Assembly (NCBI GenBank): GCA_963786955.1
Contig: CAWBAT010000004.1
Coordinates: 256,001 to 320,000, forward strand
DNA from: an uncultured Acidimicrobiia bacterium
GTDB lineage: Bacteria > Acidobacteriota > Terriglobia > Versatilivoradales > Versatilivoraceae
Length of the DNA: 64,000 bases
Direction of reading: 5' to 3'
Positions within the stretch are counted from its first letter, which is position 1, and each line of letters opens with the position of its first letter. Both the position numbers and the translations under genes were made by a program. The notes beneath the pieces are model-generated. The model was not told where the DNA came from, searched no databases, and was given only the letters and a program-made list of their open reading frames with translations. Shown here piece after piece: positions 31,301 to 39,334 of this stretch.

Positions 31301-31496
31301 TGTGATCGGGGGGCAGAGCCTGTGCTTGCTGTTGACTCTGCTGGCGATTCCGGTGGCCTATTCACTGTTTGACGATGTGGCTACCTCCTTGGTCTGGGAG
31401 CGGATGGCTCGCTTTGCTTCGGGAACCCGGTCGCGCCTCCGTGAGCGACTGGCCTCCTCCTTCTCGGCTTTTCTCAATATGTTTGGAAGGGGCTAG
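28335..31496 (+). CDS. RND efflux permease (AcrB family)
   Basis: IRRPVFA, GIVIDDAVVVLENI, RLRPILMTT; 1053 aa. Confidence 0.95.
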   Translation: MQKLAEICIRRPVFATMLIMALVVIGFASYSKLGVDLFPKVDFPVVAVTTVLPGASPEEIETEITKKVEEACNTASGIDEMRSVSLEGVSQVFVTFVLERDPAEAAQDIRDRVGRIVGTLPREIDPPVIERMDPDAFPIVSIAISASRSTREITEVVDKQVKQSLESLSGVGQVRFVGDRKREIHVWLNPDKLLSYNLTIDEVRRALASQNVEIPGGWVDQGIRELTLRTLGRVLKVEEFSQIVLKTVNGSPVRVSDVATVEDGVEEPRSLARLNGKEAVVLEVRKQSGTNTLTVVAAVKERLDDIRGILPPDFKLLIVRDQSTFIKNSFDAVQEHLILGGFFAAMVCLLFIANLRATVIAAIAIPTSIISTYTLMWYMGFTLNNMTMLALTLSVGIVIDDAVVVLENIFRFIEEKKMPPIQAAREATADIGLAVMATTMSLVIIFLPVAFMGGIVGRFMSSFGFTAAFSIMVSLLVSFTLTPMLCSRFLKKAQNSVEHPQKSTKESKFYSWIERTYVNLLVWSMEHRLAVSLISVGVILSTVPLFMLTGKDFIPQDDQSQIEVLAKSPDGTSLKGSAALVEQLEKELGTLPGVSSILSTVGADSQRQVNFAAFSLQLVPIDQRKYSQAEIMEMARQKMNPYKNDLRIAIQYPNYFSAGGFTNADLLYTIQGPDLEKLAEYSEKIRQIVKSIPGVVDINTTLELGKPELRAHINRAKAADLGLDVQAIAGSLRTMVAGEEVSSFREGDNRYEVRLQVDRENRSSAEHLSRLYIPSATVGNVQLSSVVALNEGVGPGQIDRYNRQRQVTISGNIERGQALSIVLAKLEPAVASLNLDPTYHTGLQGRSRELGRAGMAFIIAFFLSCIFMYMVLAAQFESFLHPITILLSLPMAIPFALISLYAFHQTINIFSSLGILMLFGVVKKNSILQIDHMNKLREQGVPRFEAIIRGCKDRLRPILMTTFALVAGMLPMAFGVGAGSGMRRSVAIIVIGGQSLCLLLTLLAIPVAYSLFDDVATSLVWERMARFASGTRSRLRERLASSFSAFLNMFGRG

Positions 31497-31526
31497 AGCT
31501 CGATCTCACAAACTCGCGGTAGTTGC

Positions 31527-31574
31527 TGTAGCCGGGGACGCCGGCCCCGGCCGGTCCCAGCGGAGCCAGCTACA
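31527..31574. repeat. GTAG-type REP-like palindrome inside the efflux operon
   Basis: TGTAGC...GCTACA enclosing a GC-rich hairpin. Confidence 0.5.
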
Positions 31575-31686
31575 ACTCGGGCCTCTGCAACTTAGTCTAG
31601 ATCCAGGGTTCGAAATTTCGCATTGTAGCCAGGCATCAGTAATAGACATCCCGTGGCTCCATCCATTCTTTGGAGATATTTTGCTC

Positions 31687-33390
31687 ATGAACGCGCAAAG
31701 ACATTTTCCGTATAAGTCTATTTTCATTCTCTTGGTACTGAATTGGTTTTGTCCCACGCCTGCCATCGCGCAGGGCCAGACCGGTTCTAACCGGGAAATC
31801 CCGTTCGAGCTGGTCGGGATAGACACCTCAAAGGAAAGACAGGTTTCCCTGCAAGAATCCATTGAGCTGGCCTTACGCAATAGTCCAGGGGTCAAAGTTG
31901 AGCAAGGTAATACCGAGATCACGCGGTTGGGTGTAAAAGCGGCTCAGGGCAACTATGACCCGACGTTCGGATTTGGCCCGCGTTACGAGTCACGAACCAT
32001 CCCTGTCGGAAGCCTTCTCGGTGGGGGTCTCAACGGGGCTGTGGCAACCGATACGAGTTATTGGGGCCTCTCCTGGAAACAGCAGGTTTCTACAGGTGGA
32101 AGTTTTTCAATCCTCTTTGACAACAACCGGGTCTCAACCAACAACCTATTTACCAATTTAAGTCCTCAATTTAATACCTTTCTATCACTTAACTTTACTC
32201 AGCCTTTGCTTCGCGACCTGAAGATCGATCCGATCCGGCGTGAAATTCGTATTGCCAAGAATCAAGTGGATCTGAGCGATGTCCAATTCCAGATGAAGAT
32301 CATCGATACCGTGACTGCAGTCGTTTCAGCCTATTGGGTCCTGCATTACACCTATAGCGACATGGAAGTGAAACGAGAAACGGTTCAATGGGCCAGTGAC
32401 CAACTGGAGACGAACAAGCGATTGGCCGCGGCAGGGAGCTTGGCCCAAGTTCAAATCGTGGAAGCTCAGGCTGAACTGGAGAGGCGCAAAGGGGATCTGC
32501 TTCTCGCCATGGATGAAGTGAATCGGGCTGAAAATGTCTTTAAACAATTAATCCTTCCCGATCGTTCAGACCCCATGTGGAAAGAAAACCTCAAGCCCTC
32601 AGATGCCGCAAAGATAAGTGTGGTCGACCTGGCGCTCCCAGACGCATTGCAACGCGCACTCTCCTTGAGGCCAGAGCTCGCGCAGCTCAACTTGCAGGCG
32701 AAGGCCAACAAAATCGACAACAGCTTCTTCGAGTCTCAAGCTAAACCGCAACTCGATTTGGTCGCGAATTACTTGAGCACAGGATTGGCCGGCACGTTCT
32801 TTGTCCAGCCTAATTTTTTCAACGAGCAGACCGCCGTGGTCTTTGCACGTCTCAACGAACTTTCCAGCATCGCAGGCTTGCCCCCCGTATACCCACCAAC
32901 CAATTCAGTCGGTATCCCCGATAACTTTATTGGAGGGTATGGCAGCTCGCTGGAAAATATGTTTGCCCAGCGGTACCGCAGTTTTCAAGTCGGAGTCCAA
33001 CTCAACCTTCCGATCCACAATCGAACAGCTCTAGCCAATTTAGCCCGCACCCAAGTGGTTGGGCGTCAACTTCAATACCTTCGCCTGCAAACCGAGCAGG
33101 CCATTGAAGCAGACGTTCGAAACACCTTGCAGGGTGCCATTTCCGCTCACGAGCGGGTTGGGGTGGCCCGCACCGGCCGAGAAGCCAGCCAAATTCAGTT
33201 AGAGAGTGAAGAGCGTCGATTCAAGGTAGGCGCCACAACCAGTTTCTTTGTGCTGACCCGTCAAAACCAACTCGCGGAAGCCAAGAGTCGCGAGATAAGG
33301 ACTCTGGCCGAGTTTAATGTCGCTTTGACCCAGCTCTACCGCGCTACCGCAGATACTCTGCAAGCCTTCAATGTTCAATTAACCAAGTAA
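31687..33390 (+). CDS. TolC-family outer membrane efflux protein
   Basis: Signal peptide from ATG 31687; two OEP-like repeats (SLQESIELAL, PQLDL, ERRFKVG); ORF-track start 31369 is too far upstream. Confidence 0.88.
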   Translation: MNAQRHFPYKSIFILLVLNWFCPTPAIAQGQTGSNREIPFELVGIDTSKERQVSLQESIELALRNSPGVKVEQGNTEITRLGVKAAQGNYDPTFGFGPRYESRTIPVGSLLGGGLNGAVATDTSYWGLSWKQQVSTGGSFSILFDNNRVSTNNLFTNLSPQFNTFLSLNFTQPLLRDLKIDPIRREIRIAKNQVDLSDVQFQMKIIDTVTAVVSAYWVLHYTYSDMEVKRETVQWASDQLETNKRLAAAGSLAQVQIVEAQAELERRKGDLLLAMDEVNRAENVFKQLILPDRSDPMWKENLKPSDAAKISVVDLALPDALQRALSLRPELAQLNLQAKANKIDNSFFESQAKPQLDLVANYLSTGLAGTFFVQPNFFNEQTAVVFARLNELSSIAGLPPVYPPTNSVGIPDNFIGGYGSSLENMFAQRYRSFQVGVQLNLPIHNRTALANLARTQVVGRQLQYLRLQTEQAIEADVRNTLQGAISAHERVGVARTGREASQIQLESEERRFKVGATTSFFVLTRQNQLAEAKSREIRTLAEFNVALTQLYRATADTLQAFNVQLTK

Positions 33391-33456
33391 GAAAAGGTAT
33401 CTTGCTCGCGCAACAGTTCAAGTCCCAATGGTCTTCTCTGGACGCAAGGGAAACTT

Positions 33457-33723
33457 TAGCCCGGATTTCTCACGACCGGGGGAAAACAGAAACAGTAGAG
33501 TAGCGAAACGATTTGAATTCAGAGCTCCTTGGCAACGTAGGGAACGCTGCGGCGAGCGTTCCCTACAATCAGTTCGATAATTTCTTTCCACCTCCTCTCT
33601 CCATTGGAAAGAAGAACCCAATAATGAATTATCGGCTCCCCTCGCACCAACGCGGGAGAGGCTGAAGCATTGAGAATGCTTCAGGGGGGGAAATGCGACG
33701 CCGGTGGTGAGAAATCCGGGCTA
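33457..33723. mobile_element. MITE family A, copy 2 (inverted relative to copy 1)
   Basis: TIRs TAGCCCGGATTTCTCAC / GTGAGAAATCCGGGCTA; internal sequence is the reverse complement of 26056-26306 apart from a small palindromic insert and scattered mismatches. Confidence 0.85.
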
Positions 33724-33815
33724 AGGGCAAGGGAGCTATGCGACCGTCGCCCTGAGTCTGGGTTGTCTTAGTTTCCTCCTGCCTACACAACAGCATTCTA
33801 ACAAATTCGAATTTG

Positions 33816-33882
33816 GTAGGGGCGAAGCATTCGTTTACAAGGTAGAGACAATTGGCCATCTGACATCGGATGCTTCGCCCTT
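33816..33882. repeat. GTAG-type REP element
   Basis: GTAGGGGCGAAGCATTCG ... CGGATGCTTCGCCCTT inverted repeat, next to the intI break point. Confidence 0.7.
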
Positions 33883-33918
33883 GTGGATCGGGTCTCTCGG
33901 AGAGTCCGATGCTGGCAT

Positions 33919-34368
33919 GTCGACATCCTTGACCCTCAGTCTGCAGCATTCCAGCAACCGCAACCCTGCACCATAGAGCAAGCGAGCCATAAGCTGGTGC
34001 GTATCCTGCATGAAACTGAGGACCCGCTGGACCTCTTCCGGGGTCAACACCTGCGGCAAATGCTGGGGCTTTTTGGCCCGAACAACATCGTCGATCCTAT
34101 CGAGGTCTATCTTGAGAACCTCGTGGTAGAGAAAAATAAGAGCGTTGAGAGCCTGGTTCTGGGTGCTGGCAGCCACCTTCCTTTGCGTAGCAAGATAGGT
34201 CAAATATTGGGCAATTTCTGGCTCACGCAAGGTGTTTGGGTGGCGCTTGCAGTGGAATAGAATGAATCGCTTGGCCCAGTTGACATAGGTCTGTTCGGTG
34301 CGGATACTATAATGCCTTGTCTTGAACATCTTCCTCATCTGGTCAAGGAGTTTGGGTTTTTGATCTAT
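33919..34368 (-). pseudogene. intI: Integron integrase, 3'-truncated
   Basis: KPKLLDQMR...[61 protein letters not shown]; homology stops at KDVD, so the catalytic K, HxxR, H and Y are missing; the expected start codon reads ATA. Confidence 0.92.
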
Positions 34369-34466
34369 GGCTGCTCAAATAGACCAAATTCTGAGTATGG
34401 GAATAGATGGAATTTTTTCTTTCTACTTATAATGCGCTTAAAATAGCAATTTGTTTTTGAACTATT

Positions 34467-34495
34467 TTGACTTAAGAAAGCGTTTGACTCATACT
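34467..34495 (+). promoter_or_regulatory. Candidate cassette promoter Pc
   Basis: TTGACT-N17-CATACT oriented toward the array, about 60 bp upstream of attI. Confidence 0.4.
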
Positions 34496-34524
34496 TCAGA
34501 AGGCCATTAGACAGAAAACTCGCC

Positions 34525-34564
34525 AATATTGCAGAGTGCGATATTCTGCTTAATCATTATCGAT
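34525..34564 (+). other. attI site (crossover at about 34556/34557)
   Basis: A|TTATCGAT matches the reverse complement of cassette 1's R'' region ATCGATAAC except at the first base; upstream imperfect palindrome AATATTGCA-GAG-TGCGATATT. Confidence 0.7.
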
Positions 34565-34577
34565 GAAGGAAGAGAGC

Positions 34578-35156
34578 ATGGGATTAATTGAGGCGGCACT
34601 GGCAGGCCCAAATTGTGTAGTGAGCGTGATGGGGGATCATGCTGGTGAAGGTGCTGATGAGATTTTCAACAGGAAAAAAGCCGACATAAATCGATTGGGC
34701 AAGACTTTCTGGCTCATGAGATCGTCAAAAGCACGGCCCGCCCAAGTCCAGGGGATGTGTGCTACAATCCCAGCATATACGATTTTCGTAGAACCAGCGA
34801 CCAAAGGCGGCGCCCGTCCCACTACGGCAGAAGACGCGGCCAAAGAATACTCCGATGATCGAGTGTTATGGCATCGACTTCCTGAAGGCTTGAGCCCTGT
34901 TACCGGGAAATTGGATGCCGGTGCAACCGCCCTTGTTTTCGACATGATGACTACCGATGTAAGCGGAACATTGGATTTATGGGAATATGGAGAGTTATCG
35001 GAGACCCCAAAGCCTCTCAGATTTGTGCTTGGTTGTTCTACGGTCTGCTCCGTCCGAAAGGATATGAAATCACACCCAGAAAAAATGAAGTCGCGCTATC
35101 GTGGAATTGTCGCAGTAGCACAACTTGCAGATCCTTTCTGTGTCTGGGTTCGATGA
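34578..35156 (+). CDS. Cassette 1: hypothetical protein of unknown function
   Basis: Intact ORF with purine-rich RBS filling the attI-attC1 interval; no family recognised with confidence. Confidence 0.85.
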   Translation: MGLIEAALAGPNCVVSVMGDHAGEGADEIFNRKKADINRLGKTFWLMRSSKARPAQVQGMCATIPAYTIFVEPATKGGARPTTAEDAAKEYSDDRVLWHRLPEGLSPVTGKLDAGATALVFDMMTTDVSGTLDLWEYGELSETPKPLRFVLGCSTVCSVRKDMKSHPEKMKSRYRGIVAVAQLADPFCVWVR

Positions 35157-35158
35157 AT

Positions 35159-35269
35159 CGATAACAAAAAATTCAAGCGGACGCGCCAGCCGCTTGGTTT
35201 CTCGATGTCCGTGGTGCAATCCGGAACTTATCGGCGTTCCGGGCTCGCCGCTTAATTTTGCCGTTGGGT
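35159..35269 (+). other. attC1
   Basis: R'' CGATAAC, L'' ATTCAAGCGG / L' CCGCTTAAT with one extra base, R' GTTGGGT. Confidence 0.9.
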
Positions 35270-35290
35270 GAGAACGAACACGGAGAAGGC

Positions 35291-35611
35291 ATGAACCGTT
35301 GGGGCATCCCTGACTGGCTCGAAAGAGAAGTGAAGGAGCGAGACAAGATATGCGTCTACTGTGGCACAAAGATGATTGAGCGAATGTCTCCGATTGGACC
35401 TCGGACAGCCGTGGCAACCTGGGAGCACATCATCAACGACGCAACTATCGTCACGCCTGAGAATATTGCTCGATGCTGCGCCCCGTGCAATTCAAGTAAG
35501 GGGACAAGGAAACTTTCCGATTGGATTCAGTCGAGCTACTGTAAGAGGCGCAACATCAACGCGGAGACTGTTGCGGAGGTTGTTAAACAGGCGTTGCTGA
35601 AGAATCCGTAG
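35291..35611 (+). CDS. Cassette 2, gene 1: standalone HNH endonuclease
   Basis: RD..CVYCG, TWEHI, ENIARCCAPCNSSKG; GGAGAAGG RBS. Confidence 0.88.
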   Translation: MNRWGIPDWLEREVKERDKICVYCGTKMIERMSPIGPRTAVATWEHIINDATIVTPENIARCCAPCNSSKGTRKLSDWIQSSYCKRRNINAETVAEVVKQALLKNP

Positions 35612-35640
35612 TAGTCAACGGTGGGGCCATAAGGGGAACC

Positions 35641-36505
35641 ATGAAACGAACAAAGGGACCTGAGTTCATCCGCTTCTTCAAACCCATTCTCGAGGTCATG
35701 ATAAGCCTGGGAGGCTCTGGCACAGCATCAGAAATCGTAGACCGTTCCCTCGAGCTCGCGAAAGTAACCGAGGCGGAGCAGCAGGCAGTCAACAAGAACG
35801 GTCTCTCGCGCGTCAAAAACCAAGTTCATTGGGCTCGTCAGTACCTTGTGTGGGCGGGCTATCTCGGGTCGTCCAAGTGGGGCGTTTGGAATCTGACAGA
35901 CAAAGGCTCCTCCGTAAACCTATCAACATTCAACACTCTCGAAACCTTTAAGGGGGTCCAGGCCGATCGTGCTCAGTATCGGAAGCCGAAAGAAACGGAG
36001 CCTCAACGTGCTGACGAGACCGTACCAGGAGAGGACGAGCCGAAGGATCACAGAACAGCACTTCTTGAACTGATCAAGTCGTTGCCTCCAGGCGGGTTTG
36101 AAAGGCTAACACAGAGACTTCTCAGGGAATCAGGGTTTCAGCATGTGTCTGTTACAGGGAAGAGCGGTGACGGGGGCATAGATGGTATCGGTACCTTGCA
36201 GATCAATCCGTTCGTCAGCTTCAACGTGCTTTTCCAATGCAAACGATATCTGGGTGCTGTCACCCCGTCCCAGGTTCGGGATTTCCGCGGTGCAATGATG
36301 GGACGTGCGGACAAGGGTATTATCATCACAACTGGGACTTTCACGCTCGATGCCAAGAAGGAAGCGAGACGTGATGGCGTGCCAGCCCATCGAACTCGTC
36401 GATGGAGATAACCTCGTTGAAATGTTCGAACGGCACGAACTAGGGCTCATCCCGAAGCGTACCTACGAAGTTGATGAGAAGTTCTTTGAAGAGTACAAGA
36501 AATGA
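35641..36505 (+). pseudogene. mrr: Cassette 2, gene 2: Mrr-family (type IV) restriction endonuclease, +1 frameshift at about 36385
   Basis: Mrr N-terminal wHTH (NQVHWARQYL..AGYL), DGGIDG, QCKRY, IITTGTFT; the PIELVDG C-terminus continues in another frame to TGA 36505. Confidence 0.88.
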
Positions 36506-36507
36506 CC

Positions 36508-36582
36508 ACTCAACAAACGGCTGAAGCTGGGCTTGTTACAGCGCTGGCGCGCTGTAACAACCCGCCTAGCCGGTCGTTCGGC
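36508..36582 (+). other. attC2
   Basis: R'' ACTCAAC, long stem TTGTTACAGCGC/GCGCTGTAACAA, R' GTTCGGC. Confidence 0.88.
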
Positions 36583-36621
36583 GGCTGGTGATATCAAGTC
36601 AAAACAAGAGGAGATACCTGG

Positions 36622-37116
36622 ATGAAAAGACGATTCCTTCTAGGTTTGATTATTCTCATGTCTAGCATCGCCATACACGGGAGTAGTGCTGAAACTGACG
36701 AAGCTCAAATACGGCAAGCGTACCAAGACTGGGCCAAAGGTTTTCGAGCGCACGATATTACCGGCATCATGTCTATGTACGCTCCCGATGTAGTGGCTTA
36801 CGATTTTGTATCGCCGCTTCAATACGTTGGCAAAGAGGCTTATCGGAAAGATTACGAAGAGTTTCTCGCTCAGTTCAGCGGGCCAATCGAAGTAGAGTTT
36901 CGCGATTTAAAAGTCGTCGCTGGCGGTAATGTTGCCTTTGTTCACGCGCTTGAACATATCAGCGGCACAATGAAAAATGGTCAGAAGATTGATTTTTGGG
37001 GTCGCTGCACCAGCGGTTTTCAGAAGATAAACGGCAAATGGCTAGATACCCATGATCACTGTTCCGTTCCGTCCGATTTTGATACTGGCAAGGCGCTACT
37101 CGATCTCAAGCCTTGA
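36622..37116 (+). CDS. Cassette 3: secreted SnoaL/NTF2-like protein
   Basis: Signal peptide, YAPDVVAYD, KINGKWLDTHDHCSVP; GAGGAG RBS. Confidence 0.85.
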   Translation: MKRRFLLGLIILMSSIAIHGSSAETDEAQIRQAYQDWAKGFRAHDITGIMSMYAPDVVAYDFVSPLQYVGKEAYRKDYEEFLAQFSGPIEVEFRDLKVVAGGNVAFVHALEHISGTMKNGQKIDFWGRCTSGFQKINGKWLDTHDHCSVPSDFDTGKALLDLKP

Positions 37117-37145
37117 AAACGGAATGTAGTGATCCCAATTCAGCC

Positions 37146-37231
37146 GCCGAACAACTCATTCGAGCGGACCAGTCCTCGCGCCCTCGCTTTGCTCGGTCGC
37201 TGCGGCTGGCCGCTTAATTAGGCCATTCGGA
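37146..37231 (+). other. attC3 (R' box reads ATT)
   Basis: CAGCCGCCGAAC is the exact complement of the cassette 3 start GTTCGGCGGCTG; L'' ATTCGAGCGG / L' CCGCTTAAT; R' ATTCGGA. Confidence 0.85.
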
Positions 37232-37251
37232 GGCTACCTTGTGAGGGAGGT

Positions 37252-37798
37252 ATGAAGACGGAGCTCCAAAGGCTAGAAGAGCAACTCGAGCGGGCACTCG
37301 AGGGGGAGGCGTGGCACGGCCCCTCAGTGCTCGAAGTCCTCGAAGGCGTCAGTGCGCACCAGGCTGCTGCGCATCCTATCGCGGGCGCGCACAGCATCTG
37401 GGAGCTGGTTCTGCATCTGTGCAGCGATTATGGTTTGGTTCTAAGGCGGCTCGGTGGGGATGGCAGGCAACTCACGGGGTCTGAGGACTGGCCCATCGTC
37501 CCGGAACTGAGTGCCGAGAACTGGAGTGAATCCGTGCGCAATGTTGAAACAGCTCAACGCCGAGCTCCGGCGGGCGATCGGGAGCTTTCCTCAGGAGCGT
37601 CTGGACGAGCCGTTGGTGCCTGAGGCGCCTTACACGGCCTATACGCAGTTCATTGGCGTAACGCAGCACGGTCTCTATCACGCAGGCCAGATGGCCCTCT
37701 TGAAGAAAGCGTTGGGTCAGCCGTTCCTGCTGCGCCGCGGCCAACCAAGGCCTCGAGCTGACGGCTTCCATCCGCAGCTTAGGCCCGGTGTTATGTGA
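37252..37798 (+). pseudogene. Cassette 4: DinB-family protein, +1 frameshift at about 37540
   Basis: GEAWHGPS, HSIWELVLH, then QHGLYHAGQMALLKK in the next frame; no stop before attC4. Confidence 0.82.
37739..37796 (+). other. attC4
   Basis: R'' GGCCAAC, L'' GCCTCGAGCTG / L' CAGCTTAGGC, R' GTTATGT. Confidence 0.8.
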
Positions 37799-37806
37799 CC
37801 AAGGAC

Positions 37807-38331
37807 ATGGCCAGAATTCATCGACGAAACGTGCTGCGCGCTGGTGCGGTATTTCTGACGCTTCCGTCCACAACCATCCTGAATCTTGGCTGCACGCCGA
37901 ATCGCACAAGAGCAACACGTGACACGGAACGCCCACTTGAGAATCCCCCGAATAATACCAAAAACAACACATTCATGGAGACGGTCATGCACATTCAATA
38001 CCTCGAAATTGTCACGACGGATGTCGAAATCACTTGCACCCTTTACTCGAAAATGCACGGCGTGACCTTCAGTGACCCCGACCAGAACTTGGGTGGCGCT
38101 CGCACTGCCCGTCTGGCGAACGGTGGAACGCTCGGTGTTCGGGCACCGATGCACAATGCAGAAAAACCGGTGGTGCGGCCCTACATACTCGTTAAAGACA
38201 TCGCGGCAACTGTCGCGGCGGCGGCTGATTGTGGGGCCGTGATTGCCGTTCCACCAATGGAAATCGCGGGACATGGTACGTGCGCCATTGTTATTCAGGA
38301 CGGGATTGAATCGGGACTCTGGCAGCCCTGA
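37807..38331 (+). CDS. Cassette 5: VOC/glyoxalase-like protein
   Basis: IQYLEIVT.DV, RPYILVKDI, PPMEIAGHG, GLWQ; alternative start at 37987. Confidence 0.82.
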   Translation: MARIHRRNVLRAGAVFLTLPSTTILNLGCTPNRTRATRDTERPLENPPNNTKNNTFMETVMHIQYLEIVTTDVEITCTLYSKMHGVTFSDPDQNLGGARTARLANGGTLGVRAPMHNAEKPVVRPYILVKDIAATVAAAADCGAVIAVPPMEIAGHGTCAIVIQDGIESGLWQP

Positions 38332-38350
38332 TTCCCCCTCAAACAACGTC

Positions 38351-38441
38351 ACAAAACAAAGCGGTAAACTGGAGCCGCCGATTACGCGGGTTTTGAAGTC
38401 ATTGCCACTTGGCGGCGGCCCGGTTACCGCCAGCGTTAACC
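38351..38441 (+). other. attC5
   Basis: GTCACAAAAC complements the cassette start GTTATGTGAC (1 mismatch); GCGGTAAAC/GTTACCGC L boxes; R' GTTAACC. Confidence 0.88.
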
Positions 38442-38460
38442 GGCGCTGGAGATCACACTC

Positions 38461-39065
38461 ATGGCAAATGAGCAACTATTCAGATGGTCCTTCGTTGCCA
38501 TTTTCGTCGGCACTTTGTCCATCTCGGGCTACTTTCGGCACAGGGCGCGCCAGTCCGGTGAAGTAATTCCCAGAATACGCGAAGGCCATCTGGCGCTGCT
38601 CACGCGGCTTCTCTTCGCAGCTCCACTGTACCTGCCCATTTTTGCTTACATGTTGAATCCCGCCTGGATGGCCTGGTCATCAATTCCCCTACCGGCAGGG
38701 CAGCGTTGGCTAGGCGCCGCAGTTGGCCTGGGCACGTTGCCCTTGGTCTACTGGGTGGTGAGCAGCATCGGCAACAATATCTCTGAGACCTTTCTGACCA
38801 AGGAGAAGCAGGTCTTGGTTACTCACGGCCCCTACCGCTGGGTGCGCCATCCCTTGTACTCTGCTGCCGTGATGGCCTTGGTGTCGCTGAGCATCCTGGC
38901 GGCCAACTGGTTTATGCTGGTGATGGCTTGCGTTACATTCATTGGCATAGCCGCGCTGGTGATTCCGAGAGAAGAGGCAGAGCTGATGCGGAAATTTGGG
39001 GATGAGTTTCGGGGGTACGTGCTAGAACTGGTAGGTTTTTACCCCGTCTGCGCTTGTTCCAGTAG
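38461..39065 (+). pseudogene. Cassette 6: isoprenylcysteine carboxyl methyltransferase family protein, -1 frameshift at about 39022
   Basis: LVTHGPYRWVRHPLY, EE..L..KFG; the expected RTGRFLPRL tail lies in another frame ending at TAG 39065. Confidence 0.82.
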
Positions 39066-39080
39066 AATGTTAAACGCACC

Positions 39081-39149
39081 GGCTAACCCCCGCGTCAACC
39101 GACATTGCTTCGCTGCGCAACGAAACCCGGTTGACGCCTTCCGTTGGTG
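39081..39149 (+). other. attC6
   Basis: GCACCGGCTAAC complements the cassette start GTTAACCGGCGC (2 mismatches); GCGTCAACCG/CGGTTGACGC; R' GTTGGTG. Confidence 0.88.
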
Positions 39150-39334
39150 ATCACTCGGGGAAATGGGGTCGGACCAAGTGAAGTCGCTGATGAACTTGAA
39201 GACTTCTGCAGGAAGGGACAGTATTATGGCCTTAAAGTGCACTTTTCAGGCCCGTAAACATACCTTCGATTTACGGAATCCGTTTTGGATATTGCCTGCA
39301 AACGGTGATGATCTACAATCTCAAGTAATCGAAA

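Noticed and set aside
31369-31686. N-terminal extension of the TolC ORF
   Set aside because: Overlaps the RND gene and crosses a REP; the signal peptide begins at 31687
33418-33949. Short ORFs resembling ORF 26022-26363
   Set aside because: Translations of the non-coding MITE copies
37717-38475. 252-aa minus-strand ORF
   Set aside because: Antisense to cassette 5 and crosses two attC sites
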